DNA from: Lama glama | Taxonomy: Eukaryota | Length of the DNA: 64,000 nt | Assembly: GCA_028534125.1 (NCBI GenBank) | Contig: CM052816.1 | Coordinates: 806,001-870,000, forward strand | Direction: 5' to 3' | Shown here: piece after piece, positions 28,468 through 39,900 of the stretch | Numbering within the stretch: position 1 is the first letter of the stretch | Layout: each line of letters begins with the position of its first letter | Program-made: the position numbers and the translations under genes | Notes under the pieces: model-generated | The model's database searches: none | The model's input: only the letters and a program-made list of their open reading frames with translations | Told to the model about the DNA's origin: nothing

Positions 28468-29417
28468 AAATGTATCAAAGACCTAAATGTAAAATGCAGA
28501 ACTGTAAAACTCATTGAAGATAACAGGAGAAACCCTAGATTGACCATGGGTATAGTGCTGTTTTATTAAAGTACCAAAAACACAATCCATGAAATAAATA
28601 ATTTATAATATGGACTTCATATCATCAAGGAGACAAGAGATACAAATCTTGCTGAAAGATGTGGAGAATAGAGGATTCTTGTGCACTGTTGTTGGTGGGA
28701 TGGTAAACTAGTTCATCCACTATAGAGAACAGAATGGAAATTCCACAAAAACTAAAAATGATCTTCCAAATAATCCAGCAATCACACTTCTGGGTATATA
28801 TCCAAAGGAAATGAAAACAGGTTATTAAAGAAATATATACACTCCCATGTTTATTGCAGCACTATTTACAATAGCCAAGATATGTAAATAATCAGAGAAT
28901 TTGTCCATTAACAGATGAATGGATAAAGATGTTGCATATACATATAATGGAATATTCCTCAGGTATGAGAAAAAGGGAAATTTGGCCCTTGGCAACAACA
29001 TGGATGAAACCTGAGGATATTATGCTAAGTGAAAAAGGGAAGACAAAGAGAAATAATGTATGGTATCTCATGTATATTAACTCTAAAAACACCAAACTCA
29101 AAAAAAAAAAAAAAACAGAGACTGGAATAGTGGTGACCAGAGGCTGGAGGAAGGGGAGAGAAGTTGTTTAAGGGTACATATTTGCAACTGGTAGATAAAT
29201 AAGTTGGAGGCATAATACACAGTAAAGTTGATTATAGACACAGAGCTGTACTGTAAACATTAAACTCTAAGAGATAGATCTTAACTCTTCTCACCAAAAG
29301 AAGAAATGACAATTATATCAAGTGTGTTAATTAACGTTATAATGTCAATCATATTGTGAAATAAATGTATCAAATCAGTATGTTGTACCCCTAAAAATAT
29401 GAGTAAGAAAGAGTAAA

Positions 29418-30262
29418 TTTTTTTTAATAAACTTGATTCTTAATTTTTTAAATAGTCTTGTTCTGCTGTCCTCTCCAGGGCTCTTTTATAACACAAGTTA
29501 AAAATCAACTCCTAGGTTTGTCCAGGGCCCCCAGCCGCCCTCTCCCAGCTTGCTTTTAACAAGAGAAGGGAACACGGGTTCAAGAGCTGGAGGGAGAGCC
29601 CAGGAAAGCCTGCAGGGGGAAGGAAGGTCTTAGTGGGGGGCTAATGCCTGGGGATGGGGGCAAGGGGGTGGCTGGGCTCCTTGTGGGAAGGGGCTGGGAT
29701 GGCCCCGCTGTGGAGCAGGGAGTGGCTGAGGACATACACGTCTTGCTCCTCAAGTCTCCTGGAAGTCCTGGCTCTTCATAAGCCATGACGGCGGGTGGGC
29801 TGAGGCCCCAGGTAGGAGATAATCGCCTGTTCTTCGGGAGGGGCTGAGGCAGCCCTCAGCACCCAGTTGAGACCAGAGCCTGGCGAGCAGGCTGGGTGGG
29901 CAGGCTGGAGGGGCTGGCTCTCCCATCACCAGCCCACTCCAGAGGAGGAGAGGGCTTCTGCCACAGGATGAGGACTGGCACCTGCAGAACCCCAGGGGGG
30001 TCAGCCACGCCCTCAGCAGCACTGGATACAGATGTGGACAAAGCATGGCTGGTGACAGTGAGGCCCCGTCCTTGGCAAGCAGGCGGATGTGGAGGAACCC
30101 TGGCTTCAGGCTGTTGAGAGGCAGTGTAAACTGGCCCACAAAGCCACTGGGGGAGGTGGACTCATAATCTTCTACCATGAACAGCACCAGTACCAGCACC
30201 AGCTCTGGAGCTGGCAACTGGAAGTGCAGGGTCTGCCCTCAGCGGGGTGAAGCCATTGTTGA
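29418..30262 (-). pseudogene. PLCD3: Processed retrocopy of phospholipase C delta-3 (C2-domain C-terminus plus 3'UTR), running into the N gap
   Basis: Minus-strand 'NNGF..QTLHFQLPAPEL..VEDYESTSPSGFVGQFTLPLNSLKPGFLHIRLLAKDGASLSPA..HICIQCC*' matches the PLCD3 C-terminus; uninterrupted across positions where I recall PLCD introns; frameshifts and a stop; short A-tail remnant near 29420. Confidence 0.8.
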
Positions 30263-30762
30263 NNNNNNNNNNNNNNNNNNNNNNNNNNNNNNNNNNNNNN
30301 NNNNNNNNNNNNNNNNNNNNNNNNNNNNNNNNNNNNNNNNNNNNNNNNNNNNNNNNNNNNNNNNNNNNNNNNNNNNNNNNNNNNNNNNNNNNNNNNNNNN
30401 NNNNNNNNNNNNNNNNNNNNNNNNNNNNNNNNNNNNNNNNNNNNNNNNNNNNNNNNNNNNNNNNNNNNNNNNNNNNNNNNNNNNNNNNNNNNNNNNNNNN
30501 NNNNNNNNNNNNNNNNNNNNNNNNNNNNNNNNNNNNNNNNNNNNNNNNNNNNNNNNNNNNNNNNNNNNNNNNNNNNNNNNNNNNNNNNNNNNNNNNNNNN
30601 NNNNNNNNNNNNNNNNNNNNNNNNNNNNNNNNNNNNNNNNNNNNNNNNNNNNNNNNNNNNNNNNNNNNNNNNNNNNNNNNNNNNNNNNNNNNNNNNNNNN
30701 NNNNNNNNNNNNNNNNNNNNNNNNNNNNNNNNNNNNNNNNNNNNNNNNNNNNNNNNNNNNNN
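30263..30762. other. Assembly gap (500 N)
   Basis: Run of exactly 500 N, typical of a scaffolding placeholder. Confidence 0.99.
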
Positions 30763-32150
30763 AGTTGTTTAAAAAGATCAATAAAATTGATAAACTTCTA
30801 GTCAGACTGACCAAAAACAAATATAAAAGACAAAAATTACCAAAAATGAATGAAACAAGGGCCATCAACACTGATTCTATGGATATTGAAAGGACAATAA
30901 AAGAATACTAAGAACTGTACACTCATGAGTTCAACAGCATAGGTGAAATGGACTTATTCCTTGAAAGACACAAACTACCAAAGCTCACAGGAAAATTAAG
31001 AGTGTGTAAGAATCCTGCGTCTATTAAAAAAAATTAAATTTGCCATTGAAATTCATCAAAAAATAGAAAGAAAACGCCAGGTCCAAATAGTTCCACTGGT
31101 GAATCCTACCAAACTTGTAAGGAAGATATACTTCTAATTCTACAAAGCTCTTCCAGAAGAGGAAGACACACTTTCCAACTCATTTCCTGAGGCCACTACA
31201 CTCTAATACCAAAACCTGACAAAGAAATGAAAATACAATGACAACAACAGAAAACCATAAAGAAGTAGCCCCCATGTACATAAGCATAAAAATACTCAAC
31301 TAAAGGTTACCTATGCAATTACAGCAATATATGAAAAAGATAATACATCATGACCTCGTGAGACTCACTCCACGAAAGCAAAGCCCTTTGAACACTGGAA
31401 AAATCTATCATAATTCACTAGATTAGCAGACTAAATAAGAAAAGCCATATGATCATATTAATAGATGCAGGAAAAAAACTTTCAATGATATTTACCATTC
31501 ATTCACAATACAAACTTACAGCAAACTAAGAAAACAACTTCCTTAGCCTAATAAAAACCAATTTGTATTAAAAAAAAAAACACCCCCCCAGCTAACATCA
31601 TTCTTATCAATGAAAGATTGAATGCTTTCCCATAAGATAAGGGACAAGACAAGGATATTCTCTCTCACCACTCTATATAATACATAGTATTGAAATTCTA
31701 GCTAGTGTAATAAGACAAGAAAAATAAAGATATACTTGTTGGAAAGGGGAAAAAAAAGAAAAGTCTCTGTTCAGAGGACTTAATATCTGCATTAAAAAAT
31801 CTGAACAAATCCACAAAAAGCTCCTAGAACTAATAAGTAAGTGGAAATGTCACGAAATACAAGTCCAGTATACAAAAGTATTCATATAATCCAGCAAAGA
31901 AAAATTGAAATTAAAAAAATTGTTTATAATAGCACTAAGTAAATAACATACTTAGGTATAAACATATAAACAGCAAAATATGAAGCGAGGCTATACACTA
32001 AAAACTACACAGCACTGATAAAAGAAAAAGAAGATTCAAATATAGGTAGAGACATATCATGCTCATGAATTGAAGACCTCAATAAGGTGATGGTATCAAT
32101 TTTCCCCAGTTTGTTCTATAGAGTCAAATCAATCCCAGTCAATCACAGCA
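30763..32150 (+). mobile_element. Degraded LINE-1 ORF2 (RT region)
   Basis: 'KINKIDKLLVRLTK' and RT-region DNA such as 'atatgatcatattaatagatgcaggaaaaa' and 'ggacaagacaaggatattctctctcacca'. Confidence 0.8.
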
Positions 32151-33796
32151 CTCAGAATGCCCTGCAGCCCCTTATGGGCTCAAAAATGGAGGTTAAGAGC
32201 ATGATATCAGGAGCCAGACTGCCTGGGCTCAAGTCCTAGCTCAGCTTCTTAACAGCTGCCTGAATAATCTCAATCTGCCTCACTTTCCCCATCTGTAAAA
32301 TGGCCATAATGATGGTCCTGCTTCAGAGGCGTATTGATTAGATTTACTGGTAGCTGTAAGTAAAGGGTTTAGACCAAGGCCTGCCTGGCCCATCCTCGGT
32401 TATTTAAGTGTTGGTGTTGGCTGTTTACTAGGATAAGTAATGTAACTCTACTTCCTTGCAGACTGTAGGCTTTCTACTAGCAGTGACCCTACCTGGTTTC
32501 TGCCTGTGCCAAGTATCTGATGGGGTGCCTAGGGCAGAGTAGACATCCCCACCCAGTTAAATGGATGGGTGGACCTGACTGCTTACACCTTTCAGTGACC
32601 CTACAGTGCTTTGAGGTTAGTATCCAGATTCCTTAGCTCGACACTCAAGACCCTCTGTGGTTAGGACACAGTAAACTGCCCAGCTACGTGGATTTCCCTT
32701 CCCCCATCAGCTTCCTCTGTTTCCCCACATGCCTCTCTACCTGCCTTAAGGTATACCTGACTTTCCCTGCCCAGAACTGCTTTTCATCCTGTACCTTCAC
32801 CTTTCTTGCCCTCTTTGTCAAGACTCAGGTCAACCTTTGTGAATATAACAATCATATCATAATGCAGACTTTGTAGGGTTTTTTCCCTTTACTTTTTATT
32901 TGACCAGACTTTCTGATGCTTACATCTTCCTCCGTTCTTTCCACCTGATGTGTTCTTTTGACAAAAGTAAAACTCAACAAACGTTGTCTTCTAGACCCAG
33001 ATCATTACAATCGGGCTTCTCCCCTGTGTTGGCCTGGCAGGACACCATGTGCATGGTGGCCAGGAGACAGCGCAGGGCTGCACCTCTGGCCCTCCTGGCC
33101 CCGCCTTCTGATGTGTAAATTGCTCCTCCTACCCACCCCAATCAGGATCACTTCATTATGAATGTTTTTTTCTTTTTTTTTTCTTATGAATTTTTGAATA
33201 TCAGAAAATGCCCAACTGAGAACTGTTATCCTGAACATGGGGGGCCTCAGTCAGAATTCAGAGGTTTGTGAACTTAGGGAAAATAACTTTTATTTTCACT
33301 AACTTCTAGTTGAAATCTAGCCATTCTCCCTGCGATGAAGGGAAGTGGCAAAACTCAGTTAACAGGACCTGTGCCTCGGTCCCCAACGGGAACCACAGGT
33401 GTTTCCGAATCATATGACAGCTGTTGCAGACACAGTAACATTAGCTCCACCTGCTGGTTTCATAAGGTAGTTCTTTATTTTGTAGCGTAAACGGTGTATT
33501 TCACAGTCATCAACATGATTGGCTTTCCCCGCCCCCGACCCCCCCCCCATATTTTTCTTCCGAGGCCCAGCAGAGGGGGCCATTGAGGAGCGGCGTGAGA
33601 GCCCCGGGGGCGCTGCAGAGCCGCGGCCAAAGCCGGGCCAGAGCCTGAACCTCAAGCCAGCGCTGGGTCGCAGCTGCGGCGCCTCTGGGGGCGCTGAGCG
33701 CTCGCTCGCCACGGCCAGGCAAGGGACGCCTCCTGCGGTCGGCCGGCGGTCGGCGTTGGCATCAGGTCACTGGCCCCACAGCTGAAGAAGGACTGC

Positions 33797-33932
33797 ATGG
33801 GGACGGACGCCCCGGGGCAGCGCGAGAGGCTGGGGACCCGGGGCCCGCGGAGCCCTGGGAGCGCATCACCACGGCTGCGGCTGCTGCTGCTGCTGCTGCT
33901 GCTGCTGGGGCTGGTGCCGGAGGGCGCAGCAG
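33797..33932 (+). CDS. MHC-I-like exon 1 (signal peptide)
   Basis: [28 protein letters not shown] then G|GTAACA, a phase-1 donor, inside the CpG island. Confidence 0.8.
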
Positions 33933-36900
33933 GTAACAAGGCGGAGAGGCAGGGCGCCCAAAGTGGGCCCCCAATCGTCCCTCAGTCGTCCCCTAGGCGA
34001 GCCGAGCGCGGGTGGGGATGCGAGGGAGAGATCGGCCAAGAATGCGGAGGCCACTTCCGGATTTGGGGAGAGGATGGTGAATTGGGGGCGCTGGCCCAAG
34101 ATTGAGGGATCGCTGAGCCCCGGTTTGTCCCCTCCCGTTGAACCCCCGTGATCAGAGTGAGCGGCCCTGCGGGTGGGAATCCCCGGGGACTCAAGAAGCT
34201 GTGACCACCCCCCCAACACACACACACACCCTCCTCGCCCGGGCCCCAGCCGACGCCACAGTCCCCTGGGCCCCTCTGGAGGACGCCGCTCGCGCTCGGC
34301 TCCCAGGGCTGGGTGGGGTCCTCCAGGAAGGCCCTGGGGAAGCTCCGTGGGCGCAGGAATCTGCGCGCGGCCTGCACGGCCCCTGCCTGGGCACCTGCGC
34401 ACCGCTACAGGTCTCCCTGGCCCCTTGGCGGGGTTCTCTCGGGTTGTCCGGGGGGTCCCTTGTTGGGGTAGAGGGTGAGGAGGGGCAATGGGGATTTCTT
34501 TGACCTGGCCCGGAATTTCCATTCTTTCTCAGTTTCTGTTCCGTGCACCTGATTTCCGGTCCGCTCCCTCAGGGCACCGCCCATCCTGACCGCAAAGATG
34601 CCTGAATATTTATTAGCACAAGCAGGGAGGTGCCCACCATCATGGCAGTAATAATAGCTGATGTCCTTTATTCCAGGCTCTGTTCTAAGGGCCTCACGTA
34701 CCAGAACCATCTCGGCTCTCAGAACATCCACAATTTACAATTTACAGATTTAAAATAGGGCGCAGAGGGGACGCTAGGTGGCAGCACTGGGACCTAGAGT
34801 CGAAGTTCTTAACCTATTTGGACTTAGCCTTGGACTCGGTCTCAATGTTTTTAATATATAAAATGATATACATAGGTTTCCAAAGGAACCCAATTATGTT
34901 TCTATAAATCTATTAAAAATTTAACTAGAAATATAAATTTGTGATATGTAGTATTGTGCTTCTAAGTTAACACATTAAATAACGCATCAAATAACAATTC
35001 CCAGAATTTGAAAGCAGTAAGGGTAAAGTATATTTCCAGGTGTCTGCAGCAACTGTCGTGTGATTCGAAAACACCTATGGCTTCCAGCAGGGACCAAAAC
35101 ACAGGTTCTGCTAATTCTGCTGAGTTTTGTTGCCTCCATTCATCATGGGAGAATGGCCAAACTTCACCTAGACGTCATTGAAAATAAAAAGGTTATTTTT
35201 TCCCTCCAAGTTGAGGCTCCTGAACTCAACAGGATGCATCTATGGGAGGATTCAGCCCTCAGCTCCCCACGGGAAATACTTGAAGGAGAATCACCCTGGA
35301 TGTCTGGGCAGGAGATTGGGGAGAGAGTGGAAACAGGAATGGGGAAGAGTTTGGCCAACGTCCCTGGAACAGGGACCCCAGGCGAGTGGGCCACTGTGTC
35401 TCTGGGCCAAGACTGTTCCCACAGTCCCTGGGGAGGCTTCTTACAGCTCCTCCCTCAGGTGATACAGGGGCACACAGATCATTCCAGTTCTGCATGGCAG
35501 GTGTGGTCGTGGGTATGTGTGCAAAGCCCCCATCTCCTTATAAGGGGAATGGTCAGGGCTGGCCCAGGGGGACAGGTCCCCAAACCGAGGAGGAGGGAAG
35601 GAGTGGAGAGATGGTCCTGGGTGTGTACCAAACTGGTGACTAGGTTCTTGTCTCGCTGCAGAAAGAATTCAGAGATCAGATAGGGAAGGTCAAGAAAGTA
35701 AAGTGAGGATTTATTAAGGGATGGATAGCACATGCTCAACGGGAGAGTGGGCAGGCTCAGGTGAGTAGCTGCCCTGAGATTTTTTGGCAAGTTGGTTACA
35801 TAGATTGTAAAAATAAGTGGGCAGAATATTCATTGAAGAGGAAAGGGTTTGGAATCATATTCCCTGATTTTCATCCAAACTTCACTTTCCTAGAGGGAGG
35901 AGGGGTTTTTGTCCTTATTTTGTCTGGATTGGAAGTGTCATAGTGTCAGTGCATGGTGGGTTCTTCAAATCTGCAAGGCTAATTTTATTGTGATGAAGAC
36001 ATAATGAGCAAAAGGTTACATTCAGATGCTGGAGATTCCTGCCTTTTCCCACCTTTCTTTGTTGGCCTCCAGCCACTTAGCACCCCAAAATGTGTGACCA
36101 CTTAGCCCAGAGGTTCCTGCTTTTCTTTTTCTGCCCAGGGACCCCTGGTGCTTACATGATGTATGTTTTCCTGCATTTGGTCCGTACCCCTCCTTTCTGC
36201 CCAGTTCCTGCCGTTTGGCCAGTGTCCCCCTTTCTCTGCTCATTTCTAGCTATCTGCCTGCTCTAACAAGAGGAGAAGGCAGAACTAATTAGTGGCCTTT
36301 GGGATCTGTTAGAGACAGAGTAAGTAGAGACAGATGATTACAAAGCCAGTTACTACAGCAAAACTGGAATTAGGGGCTGGGAGGTAGAGAGCGGGGTGAG
36401 GGTTCTGGCCTGGGCACCTGGCTGGATGTACCTCTGGCCCTGAGACAGGAGCTCCATCAAGGGCAGGCTAGGAGAGGGACTGCAGAGGCCAGTCCTATGG
36501 AATATCAAGGGCCGTGACCCCTGAGACTGATTCTGGTCTTCCTCGACCCCTTCCCACCCTCCTTCTCCGGTGACTCTGCAGGAGGTACTTACTCTGCCTC
36601 CCTCTTCCTGCTTTCCAGCACAGGCTCATCTAAGCCATGGATTCAGGGTCTCCTCCTCGCCGTCATAGCCACGACTTTTCTCTGGCCCAGACCTTGCCCC
36701 TGACCTCCAGCCCTTAGGACCTGCCCCAACTTAGCCTCTCCCCACTTTCAGAAGGGGAAACAGAGGCACCGGGAGGCAACCTAGCCCTTTGTTTCCTCCT
36801 CAGACTCATCTCTTATATTTGCAGTTGTCCCTCGACCTTGGTTTGCCTGATCACACCACACTCTTTTTCACTCCAGTCTTGTGTTTTCACTCCATTTGCT

Positions 36901-39900
36901 AGTGTTTTTGCCAAGAGCAATTCTAAAACTTTAAAATCACCTCATCTGTCGATGAACATTTAGGTTGTTTCCATGTCTCAGCTACTGTATATAGTGCTGC
37001 TATGAACATTGAGGTGCATGTATCTTTTCAAATTAGAGTTCCCTCTAGATATATGCCCAGGAGTGGGGTTACTGGATCATAGGGTAAGTCCATTTTTGGT
37101 TTTTTGAGGAATCTCCATACTGTTTGCTATCATGGCTGCACCAAACTACATTCCCACCAACAGTGTAGGAGGGTTCCCTTTTCTCCACAACCTCTCTGGC
37201 ATTTATCGTTCATGGACTTTCGAATGATGGCCATTCTGACTGTTGTGAGGTGATACCTCATTGTAGTTTTGATTTGCACTTCTCTGATAATCAGGGGGAA
37301 AAATTTCTTCTGTATAGCACAGGGAACGATGTTCAATATCATGTAATAACATTTAATGAAAAAGAATAGGAGGGGAGGTTATAGCTCAAGTAGTAGAGCG
37401 CATGCTTAGCATACACAAGGTCATGGGTTCAATCCCCAGTACCTCCCCAAATAAATAAACCTAATTATCTCCCCCCACCCCCGCCAAAAAAAAAACATTT
37501 AAAAGAATATGAAAACGAACGTATGTATATGCGTGGGACATTATGCTGTACACCAGAAATTGACATATTGTGACTGACTGTACTTCAGTAAAAAATAAAT
37601 AAAATTATGTCAGAATCACCCAGAGGGCTTGTTGAACTACAGTAAGCTAGGCCTCACCCCCGAAGCTTCTGATTCTGGAGGTCTGGGCTGGGACTCAAGA
37701 TTTTTATTTCTGACAAGTTCTGTGAAGCTAATGCAGTGAGTCTTGGAACCACACTAGACTCACTAGCCTAGAATGTTCTTCCCTCCTCACCCACCCCACT
37801 CACCCACCCCACTGGTAGCTTACAGCTGGTGAGGTCTCCAGCTTTCAGCAAGATGGCTAACCTCAGCACCCTCCCCTGCTCCAGGGTGCTTCCCGTGCCT
37901 TGTACTTCCTGTACCCCAGCACTTGTCAGCCCCCACTTGCCTTACTGGATCTGCTTGTTTAACTGCTCAGTTGTCTCCTGCCCTGCCCAGGCCTGAGCTC
38001 CCTGGGGACTATGTCTGGTCTGTCTGTCTGTCTGTCTGCCCCTACCCACAGCCCCACCTGGCTCACTTATAGTAGATGCTCAATAGATGTTTGTCAAATG
38101 AGTAATATTGCAAGGGGAGGGGTGAGGGCTGGCACAGCCGAGCAGGTGGGCAGGGCAGGGCTGGGCAGGAGCCAGAAGTGCATGGGCTCTCCTCCTGGCA
38201 GCTCATGAGCATCACATGGGAAGTGGTTTCACTGCCTGCCAGTGTCCAGTCCTCCCTTACCCCCAACTAAATCCATGTCAATGGCAGGATTGTCAAAACT
38301 GCCAGGCGGTGTTGGGGCAGCCCGTGGAGAACGTCTGACAGAGGTGGAGGCGGCCCAGCCCTGGCTTCCCTTCCCTCTGAGTAGGAACAGTCAAGACCTA
38401 CCTCACCTGAAACTGATCTAAAAGAATAAAGTCTATTAAAAAAAAAAAAAAAAGACCTGCCTCACGCAAATGCAGTGAAAACACCATGGATCTGTTCTTG
38501 GAAAGCTCAGAAACCACGCCTGGCTCTGAGGCCCAGAACTCAGCCCTGCTGGCTTTGTGCCTACAGGCTGGAGAAGTTTCCAGTCACCCCTGAGGCAGGC
38601 CTCCACGTCCCTCTTCCCTTCCAACATGCCTCTCGCCATCATTCCATACTGTCTCTCCCAGTAGACACAAGAGTGTGTAAGATGTTTATGCCTTCGGATT
38701 CATACTTCTCTTTCCTATCTCCCCCCTTACAGAGACTCCCTGGGGGCTGCCCTTGGTGGCTGATGGCCCGGCTTCCAGGGCAAAGGTGGTGATGGCAGAG
38801 CTGGCCCACCTGGAGTTGGAAAACAAGCCATGGCCTAAAGGTAAGACTCTGCCTGCCTTGCTGAAGGAAGGGTAGGATGAAGGGGGCCAGGAGCGCCTAG
38901 GCTCAGGAGGCTGCGTCCAGAGTCTGGGAATCTGGTGGACTGTTCTGGGGTAGGGGAACTCTGCCAGGGCGGGGGACACAGAGGCCAGAGCCTCTGGAGG
39001 GTGTCCTGGGGACTGGGACCTGGCCTCCAGAGAGCTGGCCTCTCACTCAGGCATCTTTCCCCACCCCGCCCCTGACTCCAGCTCTCCCCTTCCCATGGCC
39101 ACCCCTCCCTTCAGAATAGGAAAGGACTAAGACTGAAAAGATGACGTCTCCATGCACTTCCTCCTTATGTTCATTATCTCATAAATGCTCCCGCTCCGTG
39201 GAGCATGTCAGTTAATTGCCTCCACTTACAGGTGAGGAAACCAAGGCCTGGAGCTGTGAAATAGCTTCCCGAAGGCCACACAGCTAGGGACTGGCAGTGC
39301 TACATGGATTGTGGGGGAGGTGCGGCAGGTGCAAAAAAAGTCTCTGGGGTAGGGGCGGTGAGGGGTGAGAAAGGGGCTGGCTCCTCCCTCCATGACCACA
39401 GGTCAGAGGAAGAGGGCGGCTGTGCTTACGAGGGGGCAAGACTGCTTCCTTGTTGGGAGCTGGCCACATGCCTAGGAAGTGGTGGGGTTGGGGGGTGTGA
39501 TGACACAGGCTCTGAAGCAGCAATGGGCATGTGACAACTTCCTCAGGCCACGTCATAGCAGGAGCAGATCCCCTGCCACCCACCATGTGGTCCCCGCTTC
39601 CCCCTGCTGTGGTCCAACAGTGCCCGGCACTGACCCCATCCTGGCAGGGATGGCCTCCCTCAGCTTCTTTTGTTAACTCAGGGCTGGAGCCTGAGGCATA
39701 ATTACCCCTCCTGGGTCCAGTGAGCAAGTATAAGTCTAGGCCCAGCTGAGGCCGTCCTCCTGAGGCAGCAGAAGGGCAGGGCAGTGTGTGAGCTGGGTCT
39801 CAGGACCACCTGGTGGGCAGAGCAGAGAGCACTGGGATTTTCAGGGAGGGAGAGACGACAGGCCCCTCACTGCGTACATGGGAGGCAGTGTTGCCAGAGA

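Larger units (their letters stand above)
22660..29400 (+). mobile_element. Composite of degraded sense LINE-1 copies with nested L1 tails and SINEs
   Basis: Endonuclease-like 'GDFNKSLSVIDK' (ORF 23536) and L1 3'-end 'MEYSSGMRKREIWPLATTWMKPEDIMLSE' (ORF 28929); younger L1 tails at ~25680-25900 and ~26730-26905. Confidence 0.8.
33500..34600 (+). promoter_or_regulatory. CpG island / putative promoter of the MHC class I-like gene
   Basis: Sharp rise in GC and CpG around the leader exon; inverted CCAAT (ATTGG at ~33518) next to a GC box (cccgccccc). Confidence 0.8.

Noticed and set aside
30177..30911. Long ORFs across the gap
   Set aside because: Artefacts of translating N.
33515..33535. NF-kB / enhancer A site (TGGCTTTCCCC)
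   Set aside because: Imperfect match, and I could not recognise a class I SXY module nearby.
33652..34522. Minus-strand ORFs with poly-Q, poly-A or poly-S
   Set aside because: Alternative readings of the CTG repeat in a stop-poor CpG island.
35060..35683. 207-aa intronic ORF
   Set aside because: Non-ATG start, runs from repeat-like sequence into an LTR, and has no recognisable domain.
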